Positions 13,835 to 27,180 of a DNA stretch of 64,000 nt are shown here, in pieces. Origin of the DNA: Octopus bimaculoides (taxonomy: Eukaryota); assembly GCF_001194135.2 (NCBI RefSeq), contig NC_068986.1:20553349-20617348 (forward strand). Direction: 5' to 3'. Under the pieces are notes generated by a model. That model was not told where the DNA came from, searched no databases, and saw nothing but the letters and a program-made list of their open reading frames with translations. Each line of letters begins with the position of its first letter. The stretch's first letter is position 1. The position numbers were made by a program, and so were the translations under genes.

Positions 13835-14360
13835 CAGGGGTGGGGAAACTCCTGCCTGAGGGCGCAGTTGCACTTGTGAGCCCATTTTATTGTGCCTGCA
13901 GGCTGGTATACTCGTATGTACAAAATTTAGTAAATTTTTCAATTATAAAATTTATACAATATTCGTATTCCTATTTGTGACATAAGTCACGTTTCCACTG
14001 TGACTTAAAATGGTTAAACTCAAACAGAAAATCGTCTGGTAATTGCCATTTGAATGGAAATATTGTTTTTACTATAAAACACATATTGCTAGATTTTTAC
14101 CACCCCATTGAGACCCAACTACACTCTAGCTGAAAAATAAAGAATACCTCATAAGTAATATAAGCATTCTAAATTCAGTGGTTATGTTAATGATGTTATG
14201 CATTAATTTAATGTGTTAAACTTATCTTTATTAATTTATATCGAATTATACATATGTACAAGATTTACACAGATGTAAGAGTTAGAACTTATCATCCGCC
14301 TGCGGACCTTTTACTTTGGAAATTTTTTTCCTGCCGCATTAAAAAGTTTCCCCACCCCTG
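13835..14360. mobile_element. hAT-type non-autonomous element / MITE (526 bp)
   Basis: Perfect 16-bp TIRs CAGGGGTGGGGAAACT / AGTTTCCCCACCCCTG; 8-bp TSD AAACAGAC / AAATAGAT (6/8 identical). Confidence 0.85.
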
Positions 14361-15689
14361 AAATAGATCTATCCTCTTGATAGAAAATGTTTAATGAAAG
14401 CTGTTAACTAGAACCTAAAACTAAAATGCACATGGTTGCATTGGTATGTGTGAAGGCTATTTTTCCTGTCCATATTCAGGAATGGGGAAAAGAGGAATGC
14501 CACAAACTTATCTAGTTATGTTTGGCTATTGAAGCGAGTTATAATTTTGATGGCATTGAATCTAGCATACCATACAAAGTAATGCCAGCTATGTTTGGTT
14601 TAAAATGACAAATGACAAAACTAATAAATGCTTTGTGTAGAAAGTTTGAGATATTAAGATACTTGCATGAAAGCAATTTCTACAGAGCAATCTAGTAAAG
14701 AGCTACTTTAAGCTATTTAATGTAAATAAGACCTGCCTGAAGTTTATATGTTCTGTGTACCACTGTAAAAATATTAATACTGGAAATATTTCCTTTGTTG
14801 ATATACTATCAGGCATAAAGAAGCTGAAAGTTTACAATGTGTCTCTTGTGCTACTGACTATTGTTAATGTTGGAAATGCTTTGTTGACAACATGATCAGC
14901 CTGGCAAATTAAGTTGAAATAATGTAAAGGTTGTCAACTTCATTTAAGATAAAGTAATTGTATTTAGTCTACTTGACATTGAGTACTCTCTGTAACTTCA
15001 GTTTATTTGTGGCATTGCTGTCTTTGAGAAATTTGCTTCACAACCATATAGTTTTGGATCTGATTGATGACATGATACCTTGGTCAAGCGACTCCTTTAT
15101 AGCCTCAGGTCAACCAATATCACTTGGAACTATATGGAAGCTTGTGTGTGTTTTTATTTTTTTTTGTCTTTATGTATCTTTGTGCTGGCACTACTTGTGC
15201 AGCAGTGACGTTTATATCACCCCATCTACAAAACATTCTGCTTAACAGTTTGATATGCAAAGACTATTGGAATAAAGTATATTACTTGAAAACAAGTAAT
15301 AGTTAGAAGGGTATCTAACAACAGATGACTGCCTTGTGAACTCTCACCTAGCACAGGGCAGTATGGAGGAATCAGATGTAAAAATGCTCAGGAGTCATTT
15401 GCATCACCCCAGGCATGTCAGTGTGGTTAAGAAGTTTACTTCGCAACCTTGTACAGGTGTGTTCTAGTAGTACAACCACAGGTTGAACATTGATAGCTAT
15501 GTAATTAGAATTTGATCAATACAAACTGCATCTGGTGTTTGTTTTTGACCATAACAAATAGATTTATTGAAATGAGTACAAGATTGGTATAAGTACTGAG
15601 GTTTGTATGACCAAGCTGTTGAAGAAAATGTCCCTAACTTCAGTTATTTGACTGACACCAGTAAAAATATATTAAACAGATTATCTTAA

Positions 15690-15910
15690 CCTTTTAGCAT
15701 TTAATCTGGCCATATCCAACCCAGATATTCTACTTGTTTTATGTTCAAACTGGCCAGATCTGGCCTCTCACACCTACCCAATATTTGTCATTCTAAACAT
15801 AAACAATAACATCACTGAAATCTGAAAGCAGCGAAATAATGCATAATTTATTCAAAATAATGTGAATAAATAAGCATTACATTTGACAGAATAATCTGAA
15901 TGCTAAAGGG
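15690..15910. mobile_element. piggyBac-type MITE (subfamily 1)
   Basis: TTAA|CCTTTTAGCATT…AATGCTAAAGGG|TTAA. Confidence 0.8.
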
Positions 15911-16145
15911 TTAAAATATATTAATCTGTATTTTTCTGCATACAAAGAAGTCAATAAAAAAAATTGGCTCTTTTTATTCTAGTTTTAAGCAAGCTGGTTG
16001 AAACCATGTTAGGGCTTGCTTGTTTTTGTTTTATTGAGAAAAAAAAATGCACATGACCTTTTATTTTATCAAATTGTTGTCCCATCATAAATTTATTCAG
16101 CTTGCATTTTTAATATCCTGTCATTTTCAATTCTTTTCAATATAG

Positions 16146-16296
16146 GTTTAGCCGAATTAGCACATCGTGAATACCAAGCAGGAGATTATGATAGTGCTGA
16201 ACAACACTGTATGCAACTATGGAGGCAGGAGTCAGACAACACTGGTGTATTATTACTCTTGTCTTCTATACACTTCCAGTGTAGAAGATTAGAAAA
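16146..16296 (+). CDS. OGT: OGT exon 2-equivalent (151 nt): (G)[49 protein letters not shown](K)
   Basis: tatag|GT…GAAAA|gtaagt; matches the OGT N-terminal TPR. Confidence 0.97.
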
Positions 16297-16672
16297 GTAA
16301 GTATACTCCTAGAACTAGTTTAAACTTACACAAGGGTTTATGGGTACATACTGTATATAATCTGCAAGAGATTAGTTTTCATGGTTGTTGCTTCAAGGCT
16401 AATGCTATATATAGTTGAATTCATTATTGCTAAAATTCAAATATGAATGGGAAAGATACTTATTGAAAATGGTTGCTGCTGAAATGTCAATCTGCTCAGC
16501 AACTTGACATTTCTGTTTTAGAGTTGTTTCTAATTTTTGTTCTTTTCCTGGGGGGTGGCTAGCTAAAGTGCCACAAAATATTTTGTTGCCATTTCTATAA
16601 AATCATTTTAAATGAGTAATTGAAAACAATTATTTTGGCAGTTTGATTAATTTTCTTTGTGTATGTACACAC

Positions 16673-16703
<31 letters not shown>

Positions 16704-16710
<7 letters not shown>

Positions 16711-16960
16711 GTCCCTTGACTATCACAGGTGTTGTGTTCCACCCCACCCTCCGCGATTGGTGAAAATCCGCGAAGTAGAAACAGTTACTGTACTGTATTT
16801 TTGTTTATTATTTTTATAATTTGTATATGTTCATTTTATTATAATTGCAAAACAATACCACGGAGGAATCGATGTAAGCTTAAATAATAAACTGCGATAT
16901 GGCAAGAGATTACTGTATATAAAACTAGTAATAAAGCTAAGGTTTAATTTATAAGTTTAA
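16704..16960. mobile_element. Probable Tigger/pogo-like transposon end
   Basis: CAGAGTAGTCCCTTGACTATCACAGG…CCGCGATTGGTGAAAATCCGCGAAGTAG resembles Tigger termini; the partner end was not found. Confidence 0.4.
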
Positions 16961-18024
16961 TGATAGCATTATACAATGATAAATAGAAATTTGTTTCTTA
17001 ATTTGGCTTGGATATAATGGAAATAATTAATTCTCTATTATATTCACTTAATTGTATCTTTTCCTTCTCCTTATAAATATGGAAATAGAAGATGACATAG
17101 ACTAACAAGAATAGATGCAACATAATTTTTGTTTGCTTTTCCATGCTGTCATGGATTGGATAGGTTATCGTGGGCGGAGTCAGTTCTCATGGAGTTTATT
17201 GGGGCCTTATTTTGCTTTTATATTCCATTTTGGGGATGGTTTCTATAGTTAGGTGTTTTTCATGTACTGGGCGGATTTTATCATAGCACCAGAAAAGTGG
17301 TCTTTTTACCTCTATGAGTAAATAATATTCTCCTCTATACAATATCTCCATTCAAGGCAACATGGTTGTGTGGATGAAGAGTGATGGCAAAGAGAATCAG
17401 AGTGAGAGGGTATGATGTGGGGGGGGGGGAGTAGCGATGCAGGTGAGGTGACAGAAGGAGTAATGGAAGAGGCAATGATTGACAGCTATATGTTGTCGGT
17501 GAGGAGATTGAATAGAAAAAAGTACAAGTATGATTGATAGGAAGATAATATTGGAAGAGAGTAATGGAAATCAGAGAGGCTGAAGGTACAGTGATATATG
17601 TCTGCCATGAATAATGTATTAGGAAGTTAGTTTGAGAGAGATGGATAACAATAATGGGAGTGTGACGGATGTCAGTAATACGTGATTTTAGAGGAAGTAA
17701 TGCGAGTGTGATGGGTAGCTATGAAGAGAGTGTGAGTAATGGATGTCAGTGAAGGGAGGGCGAAAGTGATGGCTAGCGACAAAGAAGGGTGAATGATGGA
17801 AATGCATTTGAACACAGATTCAATGCCAGTTTGGCATAATACAATGGTAGAAAATAAATGAATGTTTTTTTTTTTTTAATTAATTTTAGAATTAATGAAG
17901 AATTTCGGTGCTTTGTAAAATAAGCATTTATATATGCACATACATGGCTGTATGATTAAGAAGATTACTTTCCAGCCATGTGGTTTTGGGTTCAGTTCCA
18001 CTGCATGGCATCTTGGATAAGTCA

Positions 18025-18782
18025 TCATGATTGTTTAAATGTCTGCCTTCCATGCTGGCATGGGTTGGACAGTTTGACAGGAGCTGGTCAGGCAGAAGCC
18101 TGCACCAGACTTCTGTGACTGTTTTGGCAGGATATTTACAGCTGGATGTTGTTAACATCAACCACTCAGCAAAGTGGACTTAGTGCTTTTTATGTGGCAC
18201 TTAGATAGAGGTCAAATCAATTTAAAGGACCTCAGTTCACAACTGCCCAAGAGAGACAAAACAAAGCTGCAGCATTTTAACAAAATTCTGGAAAGCATTT
18301 TCACATGTTCTGCCATTTAAGCTATCCTCTTACATAATTTCTTATTTTTTTGTTGTTGTCCACAAGGGGCTAAACACAGAGGGGACAAGCAAAGACAGAC
18401 AAAGGGATTAAGTCGATTATATCGACCCCAGGGCGCAACTGGTACTTAATTTATCGACCCCGAAAGGATGAAAGGCAAAGTCGACCTCGGCAGAATTTGA
18501 ACTCGAACGTAGTGGCAGACGAAATACTGCTAAGCATTTCGCCCGGTGTGCTAACGTTTCTGCCAGCTCGCTGCCTTCTCTTACACAATTTCTGTTAATC
18601 AACAGCATTTGCTTTCAACTTCTGCAGGTCAAAAAAGAGCAAATTCTAAAGGGATGATTAGACACTAAAATATATTAATCAGAGGAGTGGGAAGGAGTTA
18701 GTTACAGAAGAGATAATGAAAAGACAAAACTTTAAGCTCTGGTGGGAGTAGAATGGAGTTTACTAGTTGGGAGAAGAGATGG
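18025..18782 (-). mobile_element. Retroelement 3' fragment (same family as 2857-3478), interrupted by a SINE
   Basis: Reverse-complement match to 2857-3478 on both sides of the nested SINE. Confidence 0.75.
18343..18577 (-). mobile_element. Young tRNA-derived SINE with a Nin/MESC-like central domain
   Basis: Minus strand GAGTTCAAATTCTGCCGAGGTCGACTTTGCCTTTCATCCTTTCGGGGTCGATAAATTAAGTACC; 16-bp TSD CTCTTACATAATTTCT (18327-42) / CTCTTACACAATTTCT (18578-93); CpGs intact. Confidence 0.85.
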
Positions 18783-19552
18783 ATCATATGTATGTGGGAA
18801 TTGCTAAAGGCTTTTGAGTGGATTTGGTAAACGGAAACTGAAAGAAACCTGTTGAGTGTGTGGCTTGTGTGCAAGATTGTGTCTGTCTGTCTGTCTCTGT
18901 TGGAAGTTGTAAATGAGTGTCATTCATTTCCAGTGTTCTACAGAAACTTGTTTGCCAACAAGAAGGGCATCTGGCTGTAAAAAAACTCTGCCTCCATAAA
19001 CTCTCTCCAGCCCATGCGAACATGGAAAAGTAATGTTAAAACAATGATTATCTAAGCTGGTGTTTATAATACAATATAAAGTATTTTTACGAATATTTAT
19101 TATGGAGCTGTTCACTATTAATATATTATGCTAAAGAAATTTAATTTATATTAAACACTTCAATATAAGTGGTTTTAAGAGAGTTTGTATCAGAGAACTA
19201 GAGTAGATTGGTTGTGTGGTTTGTTGGTATTTGAAAGGGTAATCTTTTGAACAATTTCTTTTAGTTTTCATTCCATTGTGTGTGTGTGTGTGTGTTTATT
19301 TCCAACTTCTATTTGATAACTGATGTTGGTTTGTTTACATTCCTATAACTTAGTGATTCAGCGTATTGGAGTCAGTCTGTTTGACTAAACTCAAGGCAGT
19401 GCCACAATCTAATGACTGAAACAAGAAAAAAAACAAATAAAATAGGTACTATTGCAAAAGGAAAGGTATAATGTTATAAAATAGCTTTTGTGTTTTTGTC
19501 TTTGAGTAAAGTCCATCATCCGGCTAATTAAAGCTTTTGTTTTCCTTTTCAG

Positions 19553-19796
19553 ATCAGCTTATTTTAGTCAACTAGCTATAAAACAGAATCCAATGTTAGC
19601 TGAAGCATATTCAAATTTAGGCAATGTCTACAAAGAACGAGCTCAGTTGCAAGACGCTTTAGAAAATTACCGCCATGCTGTTCGGTTAAAACCTGATTTC
19701 ATTGATGGCTATATCAATCTAGCAGCTGCCTTGGTCGCCGCTGGAGACATGGAGCAAGCAGTGCAGGCGTACGTTACAGCATTACAGTATAATCCT
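19553..19796 (+). CDS. OGT: OGT exon 3-equivalent (244 nt): [23 protein letters not shown]…ALQYNP
   Basis: ttttcag|A…AATCCT|gtaagt; overlaps ORF 19593..19844. Confidence 0.98.
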
Positions 19797-20626
19797 GTAA
19801 GTATATGCATAGTTTTTTTTGTTTTTTTTTTCGTTTTTCATTAGCTTTCCTGCAACATCCATTTGTCTATTGTATATAAGGTGTTGTGACTAGATTATTT
19901 CCTGTTGCATAACAGCGTGGCTAAAAGAGGTGCAGGCACGACTGTGTGGTTAGGTTCACTAACCAAGCTTACCTTGAGCAAGGACCAAATCCTTGAGTGT
20001 AGTTTTGAAAAAAGCTTAGGTGTATGTGTGTATATAGGCACAGTAATGGCTGTGTGGTTTAAGATATTCCCAACCATATGCTTTCAGGTTCCATTTCACT
20101 GTGTAGTACCCTGGGCAAGTGTTTGATATTATAGCCCAGGTTGATCAGAACTTTAAGTGGGTTTGGCTGATGGAAACTGAATGGTGCATATACATATATA
20201 TCATCATCATCATTTAACATCTGCTTTCCATGCTGGCATGGGTTTGACTGGGGACTGGTGAGCCAGATGGCTGCACCAGGCTCTAAGTGCCAGTAAGGCG
20301 ACAGGTGGGGTTTAGTTCACAAGTGATCTAAATGGTTATGTACACTAGGTAAGTGCTGTAATGGATTACTGGGGCCCCAAAGTTATAGCTTAGATGGTAG
20401 TTATGGAGCCATTGCAGGTATTTTGTAAAAGCAACAATGACTCAAGGGCCTAGAGTTTAGTGTGCCGGCACTTATCAAACTGGTTACAAATTTGTGAATT
20501 TATATATATAAATAATCCACAGCCCTTAGTTCAGTAACTAGTTAGATAAGCACCAACACACTAAACTCTTGGCCCTTGAGCAGCTTCTGCTAAATATTAA
20601 AAATATACATATACTTATATTTTGAG

Positions 20627-20762
<136 letters not shown>

Positions 20763-21295
20763 GAGCAGTGTCAGTCATTTTCAGTCAGCATAGACACTTG
20801 CTAGGCTATGGGGACATAATTATCTTGCTTGGAAACAGGTAGCTTCTGCCTACTAGAACAGCACCTGACCATAGAAAATGTGCCTCAAAGAATTCCATCC
20901 TATGCTTGCAAGCATTAAAAAACCCCCAAAAAACCCTGATGGCATATTTTACAAATGCTTCTGTTTACAATTGCACTTGCTTGAATGGTAGTGTTGGGAC
21001 TTCTCAATAAATTGTCTGTTTTCTTTGTGTCTTGTATGCTGTGTGGATTGAGAAATCTCAAGAACAGGCAAAGGTTAGTATTAGGAAGGGCGTCTGTCTG
21101 TAAAATGATGCCCCAGTATCATGGTCATCTAATCCATGCCAACATGGAGGAATGGACAAAACAGTTAAGCTAATTTTGAATATCCAGTGTTACATAGTTA
21201 AATTTTTCATGTATCCATGCACGCAGAATTTTAATATCTTGCTGCTAATATTGTTTCTTGGATTTTAAAACCCTGTTTTGTTTTTATCATTACAG

Positions 21296-21364
21296 GATTT
21301 GTATTGTGTACGGAGTGACCTGGGTAACTTGCTCAAGGCATTGGGGCGATTGGATGAGGCAAAG
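21296..21364 (+). CDS. OGT: OGT exon 4-equivalent (69 nt): [23 protein letters not shown]
   Basis: tacag|GAT…AAG|gtaaaa (weak donor). Confidence 0.98.
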
Positions 21365-22532
21365 GTAAAATATGTACTTCCTGTGTCATGAAAATTTTAC
21401 TCCACACCTATATTTTGTGTAAATAAATCTATATATTACATATGTGTATATAGATATGTCTGAGTGCATATATATAAACATATATATATAAATATATCTA
21501 TGTATTTATATATATGTGTGTGTGTACATATATGTATGTATGTATGTCTGAGATTGACTGTCAATCTTTTCTTTTCCTTTGTAATATACAATATTGTAGA
21601 TATGGGATCAATTTATCCATTTAACTGTCTCAAAGATGTTAAACCATCCTTTGTCAAATCTATTTAATAAGTTTTTATCTTCTGTCAGAAGACTGCAGTG
21701 TGGTCATGTTGATTTTCCCGGGATTCCCTGTTTTTCTAGATGATGGAGCTGGGGCTTGAACATATCTGGACATTTTGTTTCTTTTTAAAAATTCAGACAA
21801 AAAAATGAACGCATTACTTAGTTTATTTATTTATTTTTTTGTTTGAATTTTTACCTGAAATTGCTTTCGATTTCCTTATCATCCTCATTTACTTTGATCA
21901 GTTAGACCCTCCAAATAAAAGCCAAATTTAAATTGTGTTTCATAATTGTATATTTCACACTTGAAAAATGGAAATTTCCTTTAGAATTAGTACTTATTTT
22001 GTATTGCTAAGCAGATATGAATCCAAGCTCGATAGATATTGATGGCAGATATTCCAATTTGATAAAAACTAGCTCAGCTTGTAGTTATGTTTCATAAATT
22101 GAAACCCAACAAAGCATTTTACCATGCAATATATAAAGCTGTTTTCTCAAACTAATTTTTTTCTAAAATACGAGACTCCACGATAGTATGAAAAACAGTT
22201 AATTGAAATTTCTGCTTGGTCTATTTATAACTGTTGCGGTTAAGCAGTTTAGTTATCGAATGTATTTTATTAGAGAAGGCTTTTAGATTTAAAGCAAAAT
22301 ATTTCTTGATAATTTGCTTGTCACCTATTGTATAGCTAATGAATTTAGAGGGAGAGTTAAATCTAGAATGACTTGTAGAATAAAGGTTTCAAACCACTGC
22401 GTTCTTTACAAATGGGGGAGGCATCCTTATCGCTACATTTGAACAGGTCTTCTTTGAACCAGCACTAGACCTAATAGATGTATTATCTTTTGATTAATCA
22501 TTCTTGTTAGAGAAAAAGTAAATCATTTTTAA

Positions 22533-22747
22533 CCCCTTTGTTACCCTGTTTTTGTTGAAACACCCGTGCTTTGTTTCAATTAATTTTGGAAATAGTGAAT
22601 AAGTTATTAAAATAACCTGGTCGTTATTAAAGCTGTTGTTTGGAACATAAATTAACATGAAATTCTGAGGGAAGGTTTTAAGATTATTTTAAAACAGTTT
22701 GTTTTATGAAGGCAAGGGTGGGTTCTGGCAGGTTGGTATCTAAAGGG
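22533..22747. mobile_element. piggyBac-type MITE (subfamily 2)
   Basis: TTAA|CCCCTTTGTTACC…GGTATCTAAAGGG|TTAA. Confidence 0.75.
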
Positions 22748-25700
22748 TTAAGTTTGTATGTGTATAGTGGGGAAAGTGGAAAACTGCATGTAACTATGTT
22801 ATGTAAGTGTATGATGTGTGTGTCTATATATATGCTCACATGCATTATTGAACTAAGTTGATAGGTTTACATTAGAGTTTTATTTGAAATTTAATGATGA
22901 TGATAAATCATCTAAAAGTGATCTGGCTAACTGACAGTTGGTTTTTCAATAATTAATCAGCAGGTTAATCTGTTGATTCAGTAAGGGGTTTTTTTTTTTC
23001 ATTTGCATGTTGAAATTTATACCTTGCATATTAATTAGATTTAATCTCTTATTTAAATGGGGGAATGAACCTGCTCTCTCTAATCCATATTTAGCTTGAT
23101 CTAGCATTCTGTTTATGCTGTCATGTAGGGATACATATTTTATATACTCATGTTTGAGAAATTTTGATCTTAGCCATGTAGAGAAGTAAATAAGATACTA
23201 ACTTTGTTAGTTTAGGATTGAACAGCCAATTTGTACTTTTGCTCTGTTACCTTCTACCTCTGTTGACAAGTAAGAGAAACAGAAGTTCTTGTTCAGTGGT
23301 GCATTACCACTTGCATGAAATGAACTTGTAACTGCAGCAAAAGTTTTATTACTTTTATAATTGAAAACCCTTTATATTTTCCCCTTAAAGTGGAATTGTT
23401 AAAATGATCCAATGCATTGAAAAGTATTTTTTTTAAGGATTTTGTAAAACAGAATATTCTCTTATGAAATACACCTGAATTTTTTTTTCTTTGTCATTTT
23501 CTTCCTATATTTGATTTCCCCTTTTGAAAGATCCTTGCTTCTCCAAGAAATGTTCTGTTGATAATTTTTTTCCAAACTTTTCTTTGAGATACAGGCTAAC
23601 CTTTTCCCCTCCCCTTCTACCTAAATCTTCATACATTCTGTCCTGAGGGATAGGGGAAAAATACCACAAAACGATCTAGACTTTCCCAGGAGAATCAATG
23701 ACCACTCTGCAACCTTAAAATTTTGAGATTCACAGGAAGGAAGTTCAGGCTGGTCGTGGTTCCCTTACATACTGGTTCTAAACTTAAAATTCAAAATAAA
23801 ATCTTTTCCAAATTTCTGAATGTTTTAAAACTTCAGCTGCAATCATATTATGTATATATTTTTGCCTGAAGTTTTTCTGATTTAAGTGACCAACTTTTGT
23901 TTGATAAAGCCTTTTGACTTTAATTTAAAATCTTCTACCATAAAAATTGTTTTTGTATCATAATTGCTTTATCAAAATTAAAAAAACCCAACAACCCCCC
24001 CCCCCAAATTCCAATAGAATTTTCAAGCTTTTTAGTATCCAGTATGTATGTGCATTCTGAGCCAGCCTTAACTTCCAATCATTGCTATCATATGTTATGA
24101 AAGCTGGAACCCCTACCAGTTAACCCCAACACCATTTAAAAGATTATACTGCAGGATGCTGAATGAAGCCAACTACTACTACTATTACTCAATGGAGTGT
24201 GAACTGTTTGCATTGCAGCACTTGCTGTTTAATATTGAGGGAGAAAGCAAGGCTTGAACTAGTCTTGCTAATACTGCCACAATGTCAGTCAGGATCCAAT
24301 TGCTCCCACTGTTATTTATATTAGGACACATTTTATAAATTTAGTTGTCACATGTCTTTAATTTAATGTCAATGCTTTCTAAAGAAAAGAGAAAAGGACT
24401 TGGCAGCGCCTCTTAAAATTCATCTAAGAAACTGCATGGGAAAAAATATATATAAGAAAAAAAAAAAGACTTGGAAATAAATATTTTCCTTAGAATTTAA
24501 AGAAAAAATATTGCAATGTCTAGTCTTCTGTTGTCATTACAACACATTGCTTAGTTCCTGTGATTTATATTGTTCTTGTAGTATAATGACAATTATCTGT
24601 AGAGGCATATCTACTTCTCTTTTCTGTATATGGTTCCCATAGTGCATTTTTTTACACTCTTTGTACTCTTTGCCAATTTATCTATTTTACTGTTACTACT
24701 TATTACCACTACTACTACTACTATTGCTACTCTTTTTTAACTACAACTAGTAAATGTGCGCGCTTTTAAGTTCTTGTTATGTCGTCAATCTGTAAGCTAT
24801 TTTGTGTCTAAAACGAAAAACCAAAAGTACGAAAGTATATGGAACACATGTGCTAAACATTTTAAAACTTTTTTAAAGCTTAGAATTTTTAGAAATACAC
24901 ATTTTCCTTTTTTTTTTCCCTCCTTTTTTTCCGTCTGTCTCTTGAGTCGGTATATAATACAGCAATACCATCCTGGCTACATTGTGCAGTATATTTACAT
25001 TGACAAAGGATTGTTTAACTGCTTTAGGGATAGATAAGATACTTTATTGTTTTGTAAAAAATTAAGTTCAAATCACTACAGGACAATGTTTATTGAATGT
25101 GTAAGACTTCCAGTTACAAATGATGCAACATTTTGTTTTTTATCATTTTGAATAAATTTTTGATTTCATATTCTTTTCTTAAAAATTGGTCAGAACAGTG
25201 GAGATGGCTGAAGCAGCAGACTGCCAGGCTGATGCTTTGATGTAATTAGTTTGGTACCTCACTGTTCTAAGTTCAAATCCCAATTGGACTGACATTTTTT
25301 TTTTGCATACTTTGAGATGAAATTGGCCCTAGCAATTTATTGGTGTACTTAATTCAACAAATCTTTCCCAACCCCAAAAAATGTGCCTGATTCCTGATTA
25401 TGGCAACTGTAGGAGGTAACAATAATGATATTGTTAAATGTTTACTTCATTATTATTAGCTTGCTATTTTGAAAGGTAACCATAATGAAAATTTAAATCT
25501 TAAAGAACTTGAATGAATTCTTATTAATTTATAAAAGCAAATTAGTTTGAGTGGGATACAAATTTCAGTATATATGTATATATATATAGAGCAATCATGC
25601 AGACAAATGTCAAATTTATATAAGAATATTCCACATTCTACAAACATCTCTTTGTGGAGAAACTGTTTTGATTTTAGCTGTAAAGCAGTTTAGTTTGATT

Positions 25701-26609
25701 TGAGTTACAAGATGGACTTGCATATTTAGAGCTCTACTAAAGTAAACTTAGTGGGTAAAATCATAGGACAAATGCCACTCTTAAGTTTTGATGATTCTTT
25801 TGGTTAATTTGTTGTTTAATGGTCTTTTAAGAATTGTTCCAATTGTCTTCATATATGAAGGATTTATATTGCACCAATGTGTGTCTGTTAAAGGTCATCA
25901 TTTAATGCTTGTCATGTTAGATTTCCATTTGCAACCTTATTACATAAGATGTGAATCAGCTGCTTACTTGGTGTCCGAAGCAGATGTTTTAATGCAGTTG
26001 TAGATTAGTGATAATTTTATGTCAACTTTTCATTCTGGGATGGGTTCCATGTCTCATGTCCAAGTCAGTGATTACTTGGAGATACTTCCCCCTCAAAGAC
26101 AAGTTGAAAGACCATTTCATTTTTGGTTGCAGCTGGATGCCCTTCATTCATTGACCACTTTACCATGTCTACCAGATGCATTGTATTGTGGGACTCACAC
26201 TAGTCTTCATTACTCTGTAATGTGTTTGTTCACTCAAGATAACAGGTCTTGTGAAGGTGATTACAAGAGTGATGGCAAACAGTGAACCAGGCTGGGTCAG
26301 TGAAAGTTGAGGGAGTGTAATGTTAGGAGAGAAGGTGAGGGTAGTAGAAGAGAAAAGTATGATGGATAGAGGTGGGCAATGATGAGTGATAGGTATCAAT
26401 AGCAAATGGCTTCTGGCGGGAGAGAGAGTGATGATTGGTAGTGCAGAAAGGGTGTTCTGGGGTTGTATCTGGTACTGCCTGAAAAAAGAGAGTGAATAGT
26501 CGAGTAATTTAGATGGAGCTGATGTAAACTTGGGAGCGACCTGTGTATGTGTAACTAACGCACACACACAAGAAATTTAAATATATATATGTATGCGTAC
26601 AGGTAGCTT

Positions 26610-27180
26610 ATATCTTTTAACCACCATCGTTTTTGACATTTCACCTTGCTTGCACAAGTGGACAGACCTTCTCCAGCACTGCAGGTTGCCAAGCATGTTA
26701 GTCCTTTGTCATCTCCTACATGGATCTAACCACCAGTCTTCATATTATCCCATATTGTGTTTTTCTATAGGTTCCATCCACTTTGAGTGCCCTGCATTTC
26801 TTCGTACAACTTTTGTCTTATACATTGTATATCCACACCAGCACAGTTGTATCTGTCATACTCTACATCTGATATTTTTAATATCTAGTTTGCCACACAA
26901 CTCATTTGCATTCTGTTATTGTTCATGCATAACACATCTGTCAGAGCATGTTCGCTTCAATTCTTTTTAGTCTTCCCTTTAAGTCTTCTGCTTTAAGAGC
27001 TTGCATCAGAGTGAGTACACAGGCATCATAAAAAATTTCCATTGACTCTGAAAAAGAAACCCTTTGTAACTTCCTCCAGGCAATAGCTCCTTGAACTTTC
27101 TCCAACTTGTTTTGCCCTGGCTACTATACTTTTGCACTTACCTTCATTGTTAATTTGGTCACCAAAATTACAGACTACTT
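26610..27180 (-). mobile_element. Decayed RTE LINE 3' fragment
   Basis: Similar to the 8300-8900 RTE segment; minus-strand wording resembles the RT C-terminal region. Confidence 0.55.

Noticed and set aside
16090-16145. The human-type alternative acceptor adding 10 aa to exon 2
   Set aside because: No AG 30 nt upstream; the nearest upstream CAG (~16099) is out of frame.
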